A stretch of 64,000 nt of DNA from Candidatus Yanofskybacteria bacterium (GTDB lineage Bacteria > Patescibacteriota > Minisyncoccia > 2-02-FULL-40-12 > IGHO2-01-FULL-4-A): positions 2,384 to 66,383 of the forward strand of contig CAIUCV010000005.1 of the NCBI GenBank assembly GCA_903897805.1, given 5' to 3'. Made by a program: the position numbers and the translations under genes. This document shows positions 29,351 to 39,156 of this stretch, one piece after another; position 1 is the stretch's first letter; the number at the start of each line of letters is the position of its first letter. Below the pieces are notes generated by a model that saw only the letters and a program-made list of their open reading frames with translations, searched no databases and was not told where the DNA came from.

Positions 29351-31906
29351 TTATAAATTTTCTTCTTGGTTTATGTGGTCTAGTGGTTCTATCTCCTGCC
29401 AATTATTACCGTATTTAACGTCAACAATCAGGGGAACATCTAACTGGTATACCGATTCCATTATTTTTTTAAGTTCGGAAGCAATTTGGGTGATTAGTTT
29501 TTCTTTGACCTCGCAGACCAGCTCGTCATGGACCTGAAGGAGCATCTTGGCCTCCCCTTCCTTGAGGTTGCGATGAATAAAATCATGGACTCTTGTCATC
29601 GCCATTTTCATCAGATCGGCGGCAGTGCCTTGGATAGGATGGTTTATCGCCATACGTTCCGCCTGTGCCTGAACCTGCGGTATCGTTGAGTAAATATCCA
29701 AAAGCTGACGGCGGCGGCCGAAGAGCGTTTCAACAAAACCATCGCGGTGGGCCTCTTCCTTGGTTTTTTCCATATATCTGGCCACACCCGAAAAATCATC
29801 CAGATATTTTGTTATGAATTCTCTTGCTCTCTGGCGGTCAACACCGGCTGCCCGGGCAAAGCCGAGAGGGCCCATCCCATAAATTATACCGAAATTCAGA
29901 ACTTTTGCCTGCCGCCGCATTTCTTTGGTAACTTTTTCCGGCACGACCTCAAAAATCTCGGCGGCGGTCCGGGTGTGGACGTCTTCACCGTTGCGAAACG
30001 CCTCTATCATTTTTTCGTCTTGGGCAATATGGGCAACGATGCGTAGTTCAATCTGCGAATAATCAAGAGAGAGCAGGCAGTAGCCCCTTTCGGCTACAAA
30101 TGCTTTGCGAAACTCCTGTCCCAATGCCGTTCTTATCGGGACATTCTGCAAGTTTGGGTCTTGAGAGGCAAGCCGACCGGTGGCAGTGCCGGTTTGGTTA
30201 TATGTCGTATGAAGGCGGCCATCTGATTTATCAACCAGAAGCGGGAACGGTTCTATATATGTCGTCTTTAATTTCTGCAATTCCCGGTATTGCAGTATCA
30301 AATCAATTATCGGATGCTCGTCTCTTAATTTTTCCAGTTCCGGAGCGGCCGTAGACATTGCGCCCCCGCCTGTGCGGCGCACTCTCCCTTTGATCTGCAG
30401 TTTACTGAAAAGTATTTCTCCCAATTGCGAGGGTGAGTTTATATTGAAACTGGCGCCGGCAAGTTTGTAAATTTTGCCTTCAAGTTTAGCGAGCTCCTTG
30501 CTGGTTGATACAAGAAGTTTCTTTAAGGTCTCGGTTTTTATCTTAATGCCGTTAAGCTCCATCTCGGCCAGCACTTTAATCAGAGGCATTTCAATGTCTT
30601 CAAAGATTTTTATGAGGTTAGCCGATTTCATCTTTTCCCAAAGGTGCTCTTTTAATTTCCAAAGATAAGCCGGTTTTTTATCGGGGTCTTCGTTTGGGGT
30701 TTCCTTGAATTCCAAATAGTACATTTTGTCAAAATCATATTCCCTAAGGTCTGGATTCAGCAGATAAGCGGCGATTTTTGTGTCAAAAATTTTGTTTTTT
30801 GTATGCACGCCGCGGCCGACGAGGGATTTAAATAGGCCCTTAAGGTCGTGACCGATTAAAACCACGTCCGGACTGGCTATTATATTTTCTTGGATTTTCT
30901 TATCGCCGGCATCCGCTATGTAAATGTTGTTTTTGTCCGGATCAAAATCAAGCTCTCCTATATCGGGCGTTTCTTTTTCAAAAGCCATAGCACTTTGTTC
31001 GGGCAACCCGATTTCTTGCAATCTTTTCAGTAAACTATTGAACCCCAAATCCTTAAATAGCGTTTCAATTTTAGACTGGTCCATATTTTTTCTCCAGTCG
31101 GCCTTTCCAAGCGAAAAATCCGTATCCAAGTCAATTACGAGAGTTGAAAGCTGTTTGGAAAAATAGGCTTTTCCCTTGTTCTCAAGCAATCTCTCCGCCA
31201 GTTTGTCGCTTATTTTATTTTTTGCTTTTAGTTCAGGTTTCTGTCCCTCCAGGCATTCATATAATCCGTCCAAGCTACCGAACTTTTGGATTAAATCCGC
31301 CGCCGTCTTCTCCCCTATTCCGGGGACTCCGGGGATATTATCGGAGGGGTCACCCTTAAGGCCCCTGTAATCGTTTAATTGTCCCGGCTTGAGGCCGTAC
31401 CTGGTCATGACGGCCCTTTCGTCGTATATGATGGTATCGTTCATCCCTTTTTTAGGGGTGAACACGACGACTTTTTCGCCTTCCACCAATTGGAGAGTAT
31501 CTAAATCGCCTGTGGCGATAACAACCTGAACGTCTTTGTTTTTCTTCGTTTCGGTTGCAAGGGTACCGATCAGATCATCGGCCTCGTAACCCTGTTTTTC
31601 ATAAACTGGCACGCCGAAGGCGTTGAGCACGTCTTTGACGAGCGGTATTTGATTGTACAATTCGTCGGGTGCGCGTTCGCGGTGGATTTTGTATTCGGCG
31701 AACTCTTTGTGCCTGAAAGTGGGAGCGGCCAAATCAAAAGCGGCAGCAATGTAATCGGGTTTCATTTCCTTGATCGTTTTCAAGAGTATTGAGGAAAAAC
31801 CAAAAACGGCATTGGTGACAATGCCTCGCGGCGAAGTCAGCGGCGGCAGGGCGTGGAACGCCCGGTGCACTAGCGCGTTCCCGTCAATTAAGATTAGCTT
31901 TTTCAT
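29351..31906 (-). CDS. polA: DNA polymerase I
   Basis: 5'-3' exonuclease (IDGNALVHRAFH, GDPSDNIPGV); polymerase motifs DYSQIELR, KVLNFGIIYG, QVHDEL; shortened proofreading region. Confidence 0.97.
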   Translation of the reverse strand: MKKLILIDGNALVHRAFHALPPLTSPRGIVTNAVFGFSSILLKTIKEMKPDYIAAAFDLAAPTFRHKEFAEYKIHRERAPDELYNQIPLVKDVLNAFGVPVYEKQGYEADDLIGTLATETKKNKDVQVVIATGDLDTLQLVEGEKVVVFTPKKGMNDTIIYDERAVMTRYGLKPGQLNDYRGLKGDPSDNIPGVPGIGEKTAADLIQKFGSLDGLYECLEGQKPELKAKNKISDKLAERLLENKGKAYFSKQLSTLVIDLDTDFSLGKADWRKNMDQSKIETLFKDLGFNSLLKRLQEIGLPEQSAMAFEKETPDIGELDFDPDKNNIYIADAGDKKIQENIIASPDVVLIGHDLKGLFKSLVGRGVHTKNKIFDTKIAAYLLNPDLREYDFDKMYYLEFKETPNEDPDKKPAYLWKLKEHLWEKMKSANLIKIFEDIEMPLIKVLAEMELNGIKIKTETLKKLLVSTSKELAKLEGKIYKLAGASFNINSPSQLGEILFSKLQIKGRVRRTGGGAMSTAAPELEKLRDEHPIIDLILQYRELQKLKTTYIEPFPLLVDKSDGRLHTTYNQTGTATGRLASQDPNLQNVPIRTALGQEFRKAFVAERGYCLLSLDYSQIELRIVAHIAQDEKMIEAFRNGEDVHTRTAAEIFEVVPEKVTKEMRRQAKVLNFGIIYGMGPLGFARAAGVDRQRAREFITKYLDDFSGVARYMEKTKEEAHRDGFVETLFGRRRQLLDIYSTIPQVQAQAERMAINHPIQGTAADLMKMAMTRVHDFIHRNLKEGEAKMLLQVHDELVCEVKEKLITQIASELKKIMESVYQLDVPLIVDVKYGNNWQEIEPLDHINQEENL

Positions 31907-32349
31907 TTTTCGGTGATGGTAATTTTTCTGGTGTTGTTCCCCAGGTGGTCAATATGAATCTTTATGCGTTTTTGGGGTAAAATCGGCCGAACTCTCTCGG
32001 CCCATTCAATCAGGATTATATTTCCCGGGTCGGCGAAAATATCTTTTACGCCAAGCGAAGCCAAGTCATGCCAGTCCCTAAGGCGGAAGGCGTCAATATG
32101 GACTAATAGTTTCCAGTTTATAGTTTTCAGTTTATAGTGACGCATTAAGACAAAAGTCGGGCTGGTGATTCTTTGTCTTATTTTTAACGCTTTGGCGAAT
32201 CCCTGGATGAAGGTTGTTTTTCCCGCTCCCAATTCACCCTCCAGGGCGAAGATGCGGGCATGTTTAAGCGGTTTGGAGTTTGCGGTTTTTTGGGCCAAAT
32301 TGGCGGCTAATTTTTGGGTTTCTTTTGCGCCCCTCGTCTTAAAAATCAT
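31903..32349 (-). CDS. tsaE: tRNA t6A biosynthesis ATPase TsaE
   Basis: GELGAGKTTF, TSPTF, HIDAFRL, IEWAE. Confidence 0.95.
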   Translation of the reverse strand: MIFKTRGAKETQKLAANLAQKTANSKPLKHARIFALEGELGAGKTTFIQGFAKALKIRQRITSPTFVLMRHYKLKTINWKLLVHIDAFRLRDWHDLASLGVKDIFADPGNIILIEWAERVRPILPQKRIKIHIDHLGNNTRKITITEK

Positions 32350-32499
32350 GTCCTTATCTTAACCTTCTCAAGGGCTTTTTTCAAATGATTTTTACCTTGT
32401 TGTGAGGGTTTGAAAATAAAAAAACCCGCCTGTCAGAGGTCGCCGAGAAGTGGCGACATAACAAAGCGGGGGTCTGCGCACGAGGTGCACAGGAAAGAA

Positions 32500-33126
32500 C
32501 TAGGGATCCTGCCGGCTCTCCAACCAGCGGGCTGTGGCCTCGTCCAACTCCTGTGGAACGGGGTGAGGGTTGACTCGCGCCGGCTCTGCTGTGACTGGTC
32601 GCGAAAGTTCATCAGCAATCCGGTTGAGCCCGCGCTCGACTGGGGAAAGATCAAGCGGTGGCGGTGCCGGTGCGGCTGGCTGGCTCACGGCTATCGAAAC
32701 CGCAGGCAGAACGGGCGGTGGCGCTGGTACCGACGGCACGGGAACCGTGGCCGCCACAACTGCGGTGCAAGGGGGCTTGCACGGGTTAGCGTGCCAGCCC
32801 AACAGGAAGCCACCGTAGAACAGCCAGAGGAGTGCTGCCGCTCCTCCGATGCGGAGCATCCAGAGGAGGAACCTGTACCAGTTATGGTTTATCAGGTTCT
32901 CGTTGCGGCTGACCTGCACACTAGTCAGCCTTTGCTGGTACTGGACGTTACCGCCGTGTGCTTGCGGGGGCGGCGGAGTTGCCGGAGCCCGCTGGAGCCG
33001 TGGAGCTGGAGCCGGCGGTGGATTCCCCGCTCCGGCGCAGTTCGAGCAGGTTAACTGCCCGGCCGGGACATTGGCCCCGCAAGTGGGGCAAGTCCAAGTG
33101 AGAGGAGGAATATGATTGGCGGCCAT
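32500..33126 (-). CDS. Pro-rich single-pass membrane protein with N-terminal zinc ribbon
   Basis: WTCPTCG...CSNC, one TM helix, Pro-rich tracts; GC-rich; coupled to the upstream gene. Confidence 0.7.
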   Translation of the reverse strand: MAANHIPPLTWTCPTCGANVPAGQLTCSNCAGAGNPPPAPAPRLQRAPATPPPPQAHGGNVQYQQRLTSVQVSRNENLINHNWYRFLLWMLRIGGAAALLWLFYGGFLLGWHANPCKPPCTAVVAATVPVPSVPAPPPVLPAVSIAVSQPAAPAPPPLDLSPVERGLNRIADELSRPVTAEPARVNPHPVPQELDEATARWLESRQDP

Positions 33127-33127
33127 G

Positions 33128-33922
33128 TTAGTTCCCTCCTTCTGGCGCGCCGGGCGCCATTAGTACGAAGCCGATGAATCCGGGCTGGTTAGAAGCCTGA
33201 ACTCTTGCTTCAAACTCTACCCGTTCGCCCGAGGCGCCTGCCCCGGATGACTTCCCGCCAACTTGGCCATCGGGCGGGAAAATTCTGATGGTCTGAAGAG
33301 GCCGGAGAACTACTTGTTCGCCGCAGATGACCATTGGCCCGCTTCCTACTGTCGGGTAGAAGGTGAACCGATCCGAAGCATTTTTGAGCCGCCATGAGCT
33401 GGCGGCTAGCTGATTCAGACAGGCCTGCTTTTCGGCGGTCTGTTGCTGAGTAGTAGCTTCTGCCTCGGCAGATCTCTGCCGGTCATCCTGCTCGCGGGCA
33501 AGAGCCTCGCAAGCCTGTCGGTTTGATTTCTTCCGGCAGTCCAGCGGCTTTTGCTCCCTCGATGAAGTCGGAGCGGAGTAATACTGTCTCCCGTCGGGGG
33601 TTGCAGCATACGCTGTCTGGTTGTTGCGCGAGACGGCCCGGGCGACTAGACCGCCGGTGATTGCACCAGCGATAGCACCGGTAGCGGCGCTGACTAGCAT
33701 GCCGCGGCCGTTGCCGTAGTAGCCGTAGCCACCATACCCGCCGTAGCCGTAACCGTAGTTGTTGAGCATGTAGTCGACGGGGGCGTATCCCTGCCGGGCG
33801 TAGCGCTCGGCACAGGGGCCTGGGGTCAAGTCACAGGTAGTCGTGCCGAATCGTTGCGCGTTTGCTACCACCGCGAAGGTGGCGGCGAAAAACAACAGAG
33901 CGAAGAACACCTTACGTGTCAT
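33128..33922 (-). CDS. Secreted Gly/Tyr-rich protein with glycine zipper
   Basis: Start moved to ATG 33922 (GGAGG SD, TTGACT-17-TATAAT promoter); signal peptide ANA|Q, YGYGYGGYGGY tract, GAIAGAITGG, Cys pairs. Confidence 0.75.
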   Translation of the reverse strand: MTRKVFFALLFFAATFAVVANAQRFGTTTCDLTPGPCAERYARQGYAPVDYMLNNYGYGYGGYGGYGYYGNGRGMLVSAATGAIAGAITGGLVARAVSRNNQTAYAATPDGRQYYSAPTSSREQKPLDCRKKSNRQACEALAREQDDRQRSAEAEATTQQQTAEKQACLNQLAASSWRLKNASDRFTFYPTVGSGPMVICGEQVVLRPLQTIRIFPPDGQVGGKSSGAGASGERVEFEARVQASNQPGFIGFVLMAPGAPEGGN

Positions 33923-34134
33923 CGAAATCCTCCTAATTCCTTTCGAAAGGGGACGAGATGTCAAAGAACGAACCTCATCCTGATGTATTAATTATAGCAA
34001 AATCTTACAGCAAAGTCAACCCCCCGCTCAATCTTCGTTGAGTGTGGGGGTCAATAGCAAAAAAAACGGCCAAAAACATAAGTTTTTGGCTGATTGCTCC
34101 AAATTACTAATAACCACTAGAACAGAGAAGGCGA

Positions 34135-34884
34135 CTATGGCCAAGGGGGCCAGGGTAGCGGAATGGAGAAAATTTTCGGTCGTTGCGATAGCACGGGGGG
34201 CCAATCCAGTTGTAGCAGGTGCCAATTCCCGGAGATTCTACTAAACAGGGCGTATGCTTCCCCTTCCCGTTTTTCCCATTCTTCCTTCCGTTTATCCACA
34301 AGGACATCGGTGTCCTCGGGGCTGACATTTCTAACACTTGATTCCCATTCTGTCAAGAGTATCAGATGCGTTAGGAATTGCTCTAAAAGCAATATTCTTG
34401 CCGGGTTTTTAAAATTCACTATGAATATCTTAAAAGTATCCTCTTCAACGAACCAGAGTAGTCCGCTCCCTCTTGGTTTTGCCGACGCATCCGTTAGCGG
34501 TTCTGTCCAGACGAGTCCGTTTACTTCCACGATATCAAGGAATTCCCTTGCTGTTACTGCCACGACATCAACTTTGGGAAGTTTTGTTTTGGTTTCTTGT
34601 TGAAGCAGCTCCAGAAAAATCATCAGGTGCCGGTAGGGCTTGTCCGGCTTTTTGGGTTCATACCCGTATATTACCGCCCCTTCAGTTTTTCTTACCCGGA
34701 AGATTTTATTCAAAGCGAAAGTGAATTTCGGCAAGGGATCTACTTGGAGGGTAACGACGGTCGGGTTAGGTTTGGCCGGATCGGTGATTATTATTTTTTC
34801 TTTTTCTTGAGCACCGTGAGAAGTAAAGGGAAGGCAAAACTGGGCCAGAAAACCGAGGAATAAAAACTTGACGGTAATTTTCAT
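34135..34884 (-). CDS. Secreted hypothetical protein
   Basis: Signal-peptide-like N-terminus, GGGGG SD, TATACT -10. Confidence 0.6.
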   Translation of the reverse strand: MKITVKFLFLGFLAQFCLPFTSHGAQEKEKIIITDPAKPNPTVVTLQVDPLPKFTFALNKIFRVRKTEGAVIYGYEPKKPDKPYRHLMIFLELLQQETKTKLPKVDVVAVTAREFLDIVEVNGLVWTEPLTDASAKPRGSGLLWFVEEDTFKIFIVNFKNPARILLLEQFLTHLILLTEWESSVRNVSPEDTDVLVDKRKEEWEKREGEAYALFSRISGNWHLLQLDWPPVLSQRPKIFSIPLPWPPWP

Positions 34885-34935
34885 TTCTTCCCCCTTTTTT
34901 TGTTAAGGATACGTTTTCCGAAGTATAACGGGATT

Positions 34936-35298
34936 CTAGATATTTTTAAAGTGGCGGATTTTTGCCTTCTTATTTGGAATATCAAAGGTAACGGCAATGA
35001 TATCTATCTGCCACTCAGTGTCCATATTGCCTAATTCGTGTTCCAGAAAAAGCATTGCCGTCCGTTTTATCTTTTGGGCTTTTTGGTAGTCAACTCTGAC
35101 CTCGGGATTGAAATCTCCCGCAAACTCCTGCCTGTTTGCCTTTACCTCTACGAAAACAACCGTATCCCCTGTCTTGGCAATGATGTCTATCTCCCCCCAC
35201 GGCTTGCGGTAGTTTTTAGCGATTATCTCATATCCCCTTTCTTCAAGGTATCTGGCCGCAATATTTTCAGCAAGAAACCCGATTTCTTTAGAATCCAT
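34936..35298 (-). CDS. yraN: YraN (UPF0102) family putative nuclease
   Basis: AENIAARYL...GY...NY...GEIDII...FVEVK. Confidence 0.92.
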   Translation of the reverse strand: MDSKEIGFLAENIAARYLEERGYEIIAKNYRKPWGEIDIIAKTGDTVVFVEVKANRQEFAGDFNPEVRVDYQKAQKIKRTAMLFLEHELGNMDTEWQIDIIAVTFDIPNKKAKIRHFKNI

Positions 35299-35421
35299 TG
35301 TAGGGAGCGTAAAACCAAAAACGAAAAGTGTAAAGCCAGTTTTTCTCCACAGAAACTTGACAATGTTGAGTTGCTTCCGGTATCATTCTTTACAGTTCTT
35401 TCCCAAGCAAACGGGGGCGTT

Positions 35422-35868
35422 ATGCCGATTCCACCGAGAATTAAACGACACGCCAAAATGAAATTGGGTAATTTAAACTACGGACTGTTGCAGAGAATAG
35501 TTCAGTTATATGATCGGGTGGTAGGAGGGTTTGGAAGCAGATATCTAAACCCGGTACACCTTGAATCAATTCACGAAACATTTAGAAAGGGGCGTGCGGT
35601 TGAGTGGCGATTTGGTTCTGAAATTACCGCCCATTCAAAACTCTGGATTGACTGTGTGAATTTTAACAAAGCCAACCCCGCAAAAACTCTTATTTATTTT
35701 TGGTTTGACCCCAATATTAACCCCGGCTTAGGAGAAGACCCGGAACTTGCCAAACAGCTTGAATACGCATTTGACCGGGCGATTAAAGAACTTCTAGGAC
35801 AAGAGGGTGTTCTAATACCAAACACAAACGAACCGCCAGATTTTCAAAAAACAGCAGGATCTAAATAA
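35422..35868 (+). CDS. Hypothetical protein
   Basis: Start moved to ATG 35422 (TTGACA/TATCAT promoter, GGGGG SD); the longer ORF overlaps yraN. Confidence 0.65.
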   Translation: MPIPPRIKRHAKMKLGNLNYGLLQRIVQLYDRVVGGFGSRYLNPVHLESIHETFRKGRAVEWRFGSEITAHSKLWIDCVNFNKANPAKTLIYFWFDPNINPGLGEDPELAKQLEYAFDRAIKELLGQEGVLIPNTNEPPDFQKTAGSK

Positions 35869-35940
35869 TAGACAATACCATCGCCGAGGAAACCCTTCGA
35901 TAAACTCAGGGTGAACTCGGCTTTTGTATTTCGAGCTCAA

Positions 35941-36163
35941 GCGCAGCCCTCATTACTTTTTGCGTTTTGGTGGCTGGGCAGGTAACAAATCCACTGAAAT
36001 TTATGAAGTTTTTCGCTGATAAATAAAATTGGGACGGAGTGAAGCCCCGAGCGAAGCGAGGGGCTGAACGTAAGGGGTACGATTTTTTTATCCAGAAAAA
36101 CGATAAAATTTCAATAAGATTTGTCTGCCCAGAACACCGGGCAAAAAGTAGTGGGGGCTCGCG
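35941..36163. repeat. About 220-bp imperfect palindrome
   Basis: Nested arms gccctcattactttttgc/gcaaaaagtagtgggggc, ctgggcag/ctgcccag, acaaatc/gatttgt; apex gcccccgagcgaagcgagggggc. Confidence 0.75.
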
Positions 36164-36349
36164 ACTTATCCACTGGAACCGCTTGACTTTTGCCCCTCAA
36201 AATCCTATCTTTAACTTACGTTCTCGCAAGAGGATGTTTGTTTTTACGGGCTATTTTTAACTACTAAATACAGACCTATTAGAACTTGGCTCAAAACCTT
36301 TTTTTCCAGAAATTTCTTTAAAAACGACAAGGTCGGCCTTTTTGGTATT

Positions 36350-37348
36350 ATGGCCCTTTCACTGCTCTTAATTATTTTCAAAGGTTCGTCCGAGGGGCAA
36401 AGGAGCATTTTTAGCAATATCCTTACCCAATATATTGAAGAAACTGCCGCCTCGGTGATACTCAGCCCCTCCAGTAATGAACTCGCCGATATTAACAGTA
36501 TTGTTGCTCGCCCCGGTGCCAGCGAAGTTCCAAAACCGTCAACTTTAAGTACTATCCAAGACAATTCAATCGTTTCACGTGGAACAATCTTGGCCGACAT
36601 TGTTAACGAACTTACAGACCGGGGAGCGCAAATATCAACTTATACCGTACAAGAGGGTGACACCCTCTCTTTTATTGCTTCTGACTACGGTGTCAGTGTA
36701 AATACGATAATTTGGGCTAATAACCTGAAAGACGCGGATAGCATAAGACCGGATATGGAATTAAAAATACCGCCAGTTACCGGCGTAGTTCACAAAGTCA
36801 AAAAGGGCGACACCGTTTCCGCATTAGCCAAAAAGTATGGAGTTGAAGCGGATAAAATCATTAGTTTTAACTTCTTGCCTCAAGAGGGCGATCTTCAAGA
36901 GGGCCAAGAATTGATAATACCCGGCGGTAAGCTGCAGACGCAGTCAGTACCAGCGCCAGTAAGCGCCGCCAAACAATTTGCTTATCTACCGAATTTAGGC
37001 GGTTTTTTCATGCTTCCCACGACGGGGTATGATTGGGGCAGAATCCACGGCAGAAACGGTGTGGATATTGCTAATTCTTGCGGGACCCCCATTTATGCCG
37101 CAGCAGATGGTTCTGTGACATCGGCAAAAACTTCCGGCTGGAATGGGGGATTTGGTAACTTTCTAAAAATACTTCATTCTAATGGAACAGAAACACTTTA
37201 TGCCCACGCCAGTCGTCTTTTGGCTACCGTGGGCGAGTATGTAACCAAGGGACAGCAGATCGCGGTTATGGGCTCAACCGGCAATTCTACCGGTTGCCAT
37301 CTCCACTTTGAAGTCCATGGGGCAAAAAATCCGCTGGCAAAGTACTAG
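36350..37348 (+). CDS. LysM-domain M23 peptidase
   Basis: Two LysM domains (YTVQEGDTL, HKVKKGDTV); HGRNGVDI, YAH and HLHFEV zinc motifs; start uncertain. Confidence 0.92.
   Translation: MALSLLLIIFKGSSEGQRSIFSNILTQYIEETAASVILSPSSNELADINSIVARPGASEVPKPSTLSTIQDNSIVSRGTILADIVNELTDRGAQISTYTVQEGDTLSFIASDYGVSVNTIIWANNLKDADSIRPDMELKIPPVTGVVHKVKKGDTVSALAKKYGVEADKIISFNFLPQEGDLQEGQELIIPGGKLQTQSVPAPVSAAKQFAYLPNLGGFFMLPTTGYDWGRIHGRNGVDIANSCGTPIYAAADGSVTSAKTSGWNGGFGNFLKILHSNGTETLYAHASRLLATVGEYVTKGQQIAVMGSTGNSTGCHLHFEVHGAKNPLAKY
36571..36586. promoter_or_regulatory. parS-like site
   Basis: cgtttcacgtggaaca versus consensus TGTTTCACGTGAAACA. Confidence 0.65.
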
Positions 37349-37392
37349 ATGTATTGTGGTTGTTTCATGGAAACAAATTGACGGTTTGCGAT

Positions 37393-37563
37393 TCAAGGCC
37401 CGCCGAATAATGTCTTATAGCACCGTTGAAACTGTGTGATTTGCACGGTTCCGAGCAGTAAAATATTTCTTTCACTGCGAGGAAAATCCACGGTTTCAAC
37501 GGAACGCAACAACCTCGCTGGGGTTGTTAGTGGTGATAGAAGACATTATTCGGGCGGGCTTGA
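37393..37563. repeat. MITE-like nested palindrome between convergent genes
   Basis: Ends tcaaggcccgccgaataatgtctt / aagacattattcgggcgggcttga; inner ccgttgaaactgtg / cacggtttcaacgg. Confidence 0.75.
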
Positions 37564-39150
37564 CTAGATAGCTGAGGCCAGCGGATCATTTTCCGGCTTA
37601 ATCCTATAGGCAATGGCTTCTGCAATATGGTTTGCCCGGATTATCTCCTCATTATTGTCTAGATCGGCGATGGTGCGTGCTATTTTTAGGATTTTGTGAT
37701 AACCGCGGACAGAAAGATTGTGCGAAGTAACCGCGTTTTTTATCAAATTTTCGGCCGCCACATCAACTTGGCAGTATTTTTTGATCTCCCTTGGCCCCAT
37801 TTCGGCATTGACCTGCAAACTAGTGCCGGCAAATCTTTTTTGCTGGACTTGTCTTGCCTCCGCAACTATTTGCCCAATTTCCTCGCTTTTTGGTCCCTCG
37901 GCCTCACCGCTCATTTTCTCATATGTTTCGCGTGGAACATTTATCTGGATATCAATTCTGTCCAGCACCGGACCCGAGATTTTCCTTTGATATTTATAAA
38001 TTGACTGAGCCGTGCAAATGCACGCCTTTGCCTCATCGCCGTAGTTCCCGCAAGGGCAAGGGTTCATAGCGCCAACCAGCATAAAGCGAGAGGGGAACTT
38101 GACCGAGCCGGAAGCTCTTGATACGACAATTTCCCCACTTTCCAGCGGCTGGCGCAGGGCCTCAATTACATTCCGCGGGAATTCCGGCAACTCATCCATA
38201 AATAGCACTCCGCGATGAGCGAGTGATATTTCGCCCGGTTTTGGCCATGTACCCCCGCCAGTTACTGCGACGGCGGAAGTGGTGTGGTGAGGATTGCGGA
38301 ACGGCCTTTTTGAAATAATCGGCTGATTGTTAATTAGGCCGCAGATACTGTAGATTTTAGTGACTTCCAGAGCTTCTTCTTGGCTCATGCGAGGCAGGAT
38401 TCCGGCTAGCGCTTTGGCAAGAAGCGTCTTGCCCGAACCGGGCGGGCCATAAAGCAGCAAGTTATGTCCGCCGCTAGCGGCAATCACTAGGGCGCGTTTA
38501 GCATTTTCCTGGCCTTTTATGTGGGAAATGTCAAAATCTTCCTCCTCGTTTTTTTCTTGGATTTCCTTTACGAATTGGTCATAGTCAATAGTTTTGGCCG
38601 CTTCTATTTGCGTTTTGCCTTGAAGATAGCCAGCCAACTCGCCGAGCGTTTTTACCCCGATAACTCTCATGTCTTTAACAATAGAGGCCTCACCCACATT
38701 GTCTTGGGGAATGACGATCTCTTTAAACCCCTTTCTTTTTGCCATGAGAGTAATCGGTAAAACGCCGCTGATTTTTCTCAAGGAACCATCCAAAGAAAGT
38801 TCCCCCAGGAAAACCTTGTCTTTGCCGTCAAATTTTAGTTGAGCTGTGGCCAGCAAGTAGCCGAGGGCTATAGGCAAATCATAAGCCGGCCCTTCTTTTT
38901 TAATATCGGCAGGGGCTAAATTCACAATTATTTTCCTGTTTTTCTGACTGGGTGCAATAAAACCGCTATTTCTGATAGCGGAAGCGATGCGGTCTTTAGA
39001 TTCTTCAACTGTTTTGTCGGGCAAGCCGACTATACTGAAAAAATGAAGACCTGGAGTAGAATCTACCTCAACTTCAATAGGAAAAGCGTCAATGCCTATT
39101 ATGGCGCCGGAAAAAACACGGACAGAGGGCATAATATTAAAAGCTGACAC
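37564..39150 (-). CDS. comM: ComM/YifB Mg-chelatase-like AAA+ ATPase
   Basis: IVGLPD, NLAPADIKKEG, GPPGSGKT, PFRNPHH, PGEISLAHRGVLFMDE, NPCPCG; ATG 39132 is an alternative start. Confidence 0.95.
   Translation of the reverse strand: MSAFNIMPSVRVFSGAIIGIDAFPIEVEVDSTPGLHFFSIVGLPDKTVEESKDRIASAIRNSGFIAPSQKNRKIIVNLAPADIKKEGPAYDLPIALGYLLATAQLKFDGKDKVFLGELSLDGSLRKISGVLPITLMAKRKGFKEIVIPQDNVGEASIVKDMRVIGVKTLGELAGYLQGKTQIEAAKTIDYDQFVKEIQEKNEEEDFDISHIKGQENAKRALVIAASGGHNLLLYGPPGSGKTLLAKALAGILPRMSQEEALEVTKIYSICGLINNQPIISKRPFRNPHHTTSAVAVTGGGTWPKPGEISLAHRGVLFMDELPEFPRNVIEALRQPLESGEIVVSRASGSVKFPSRFMLVGAMNPCPCGNYGDEAKACICTAQSIYKYQRKISGPVLDRIDIQINVPRETYEKMSGEAEGPKSEEIGQIVAEARQVQQKRFAGTSLQVNAEMGPREIKKYCQVDVAAENLIKNAVTSHNLSVRGYHKILKIARTIADLDNNEEIIRANHIAEAIAYRIKPENDPLASAI
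37924..37939. promoter_or_regulatory. parS-like site
   Basis: tgtttcgcgtggaaca, inside comM. Confidence 0.55.
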
Positions 39151-39156
39151 TACCTC

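Noticed and set aside
35038-35421. N-terminal extension of ORF 35038..35868
   Set aside because: It overlaps yraN on the other strand; promoter and SD point to ATG 35422.
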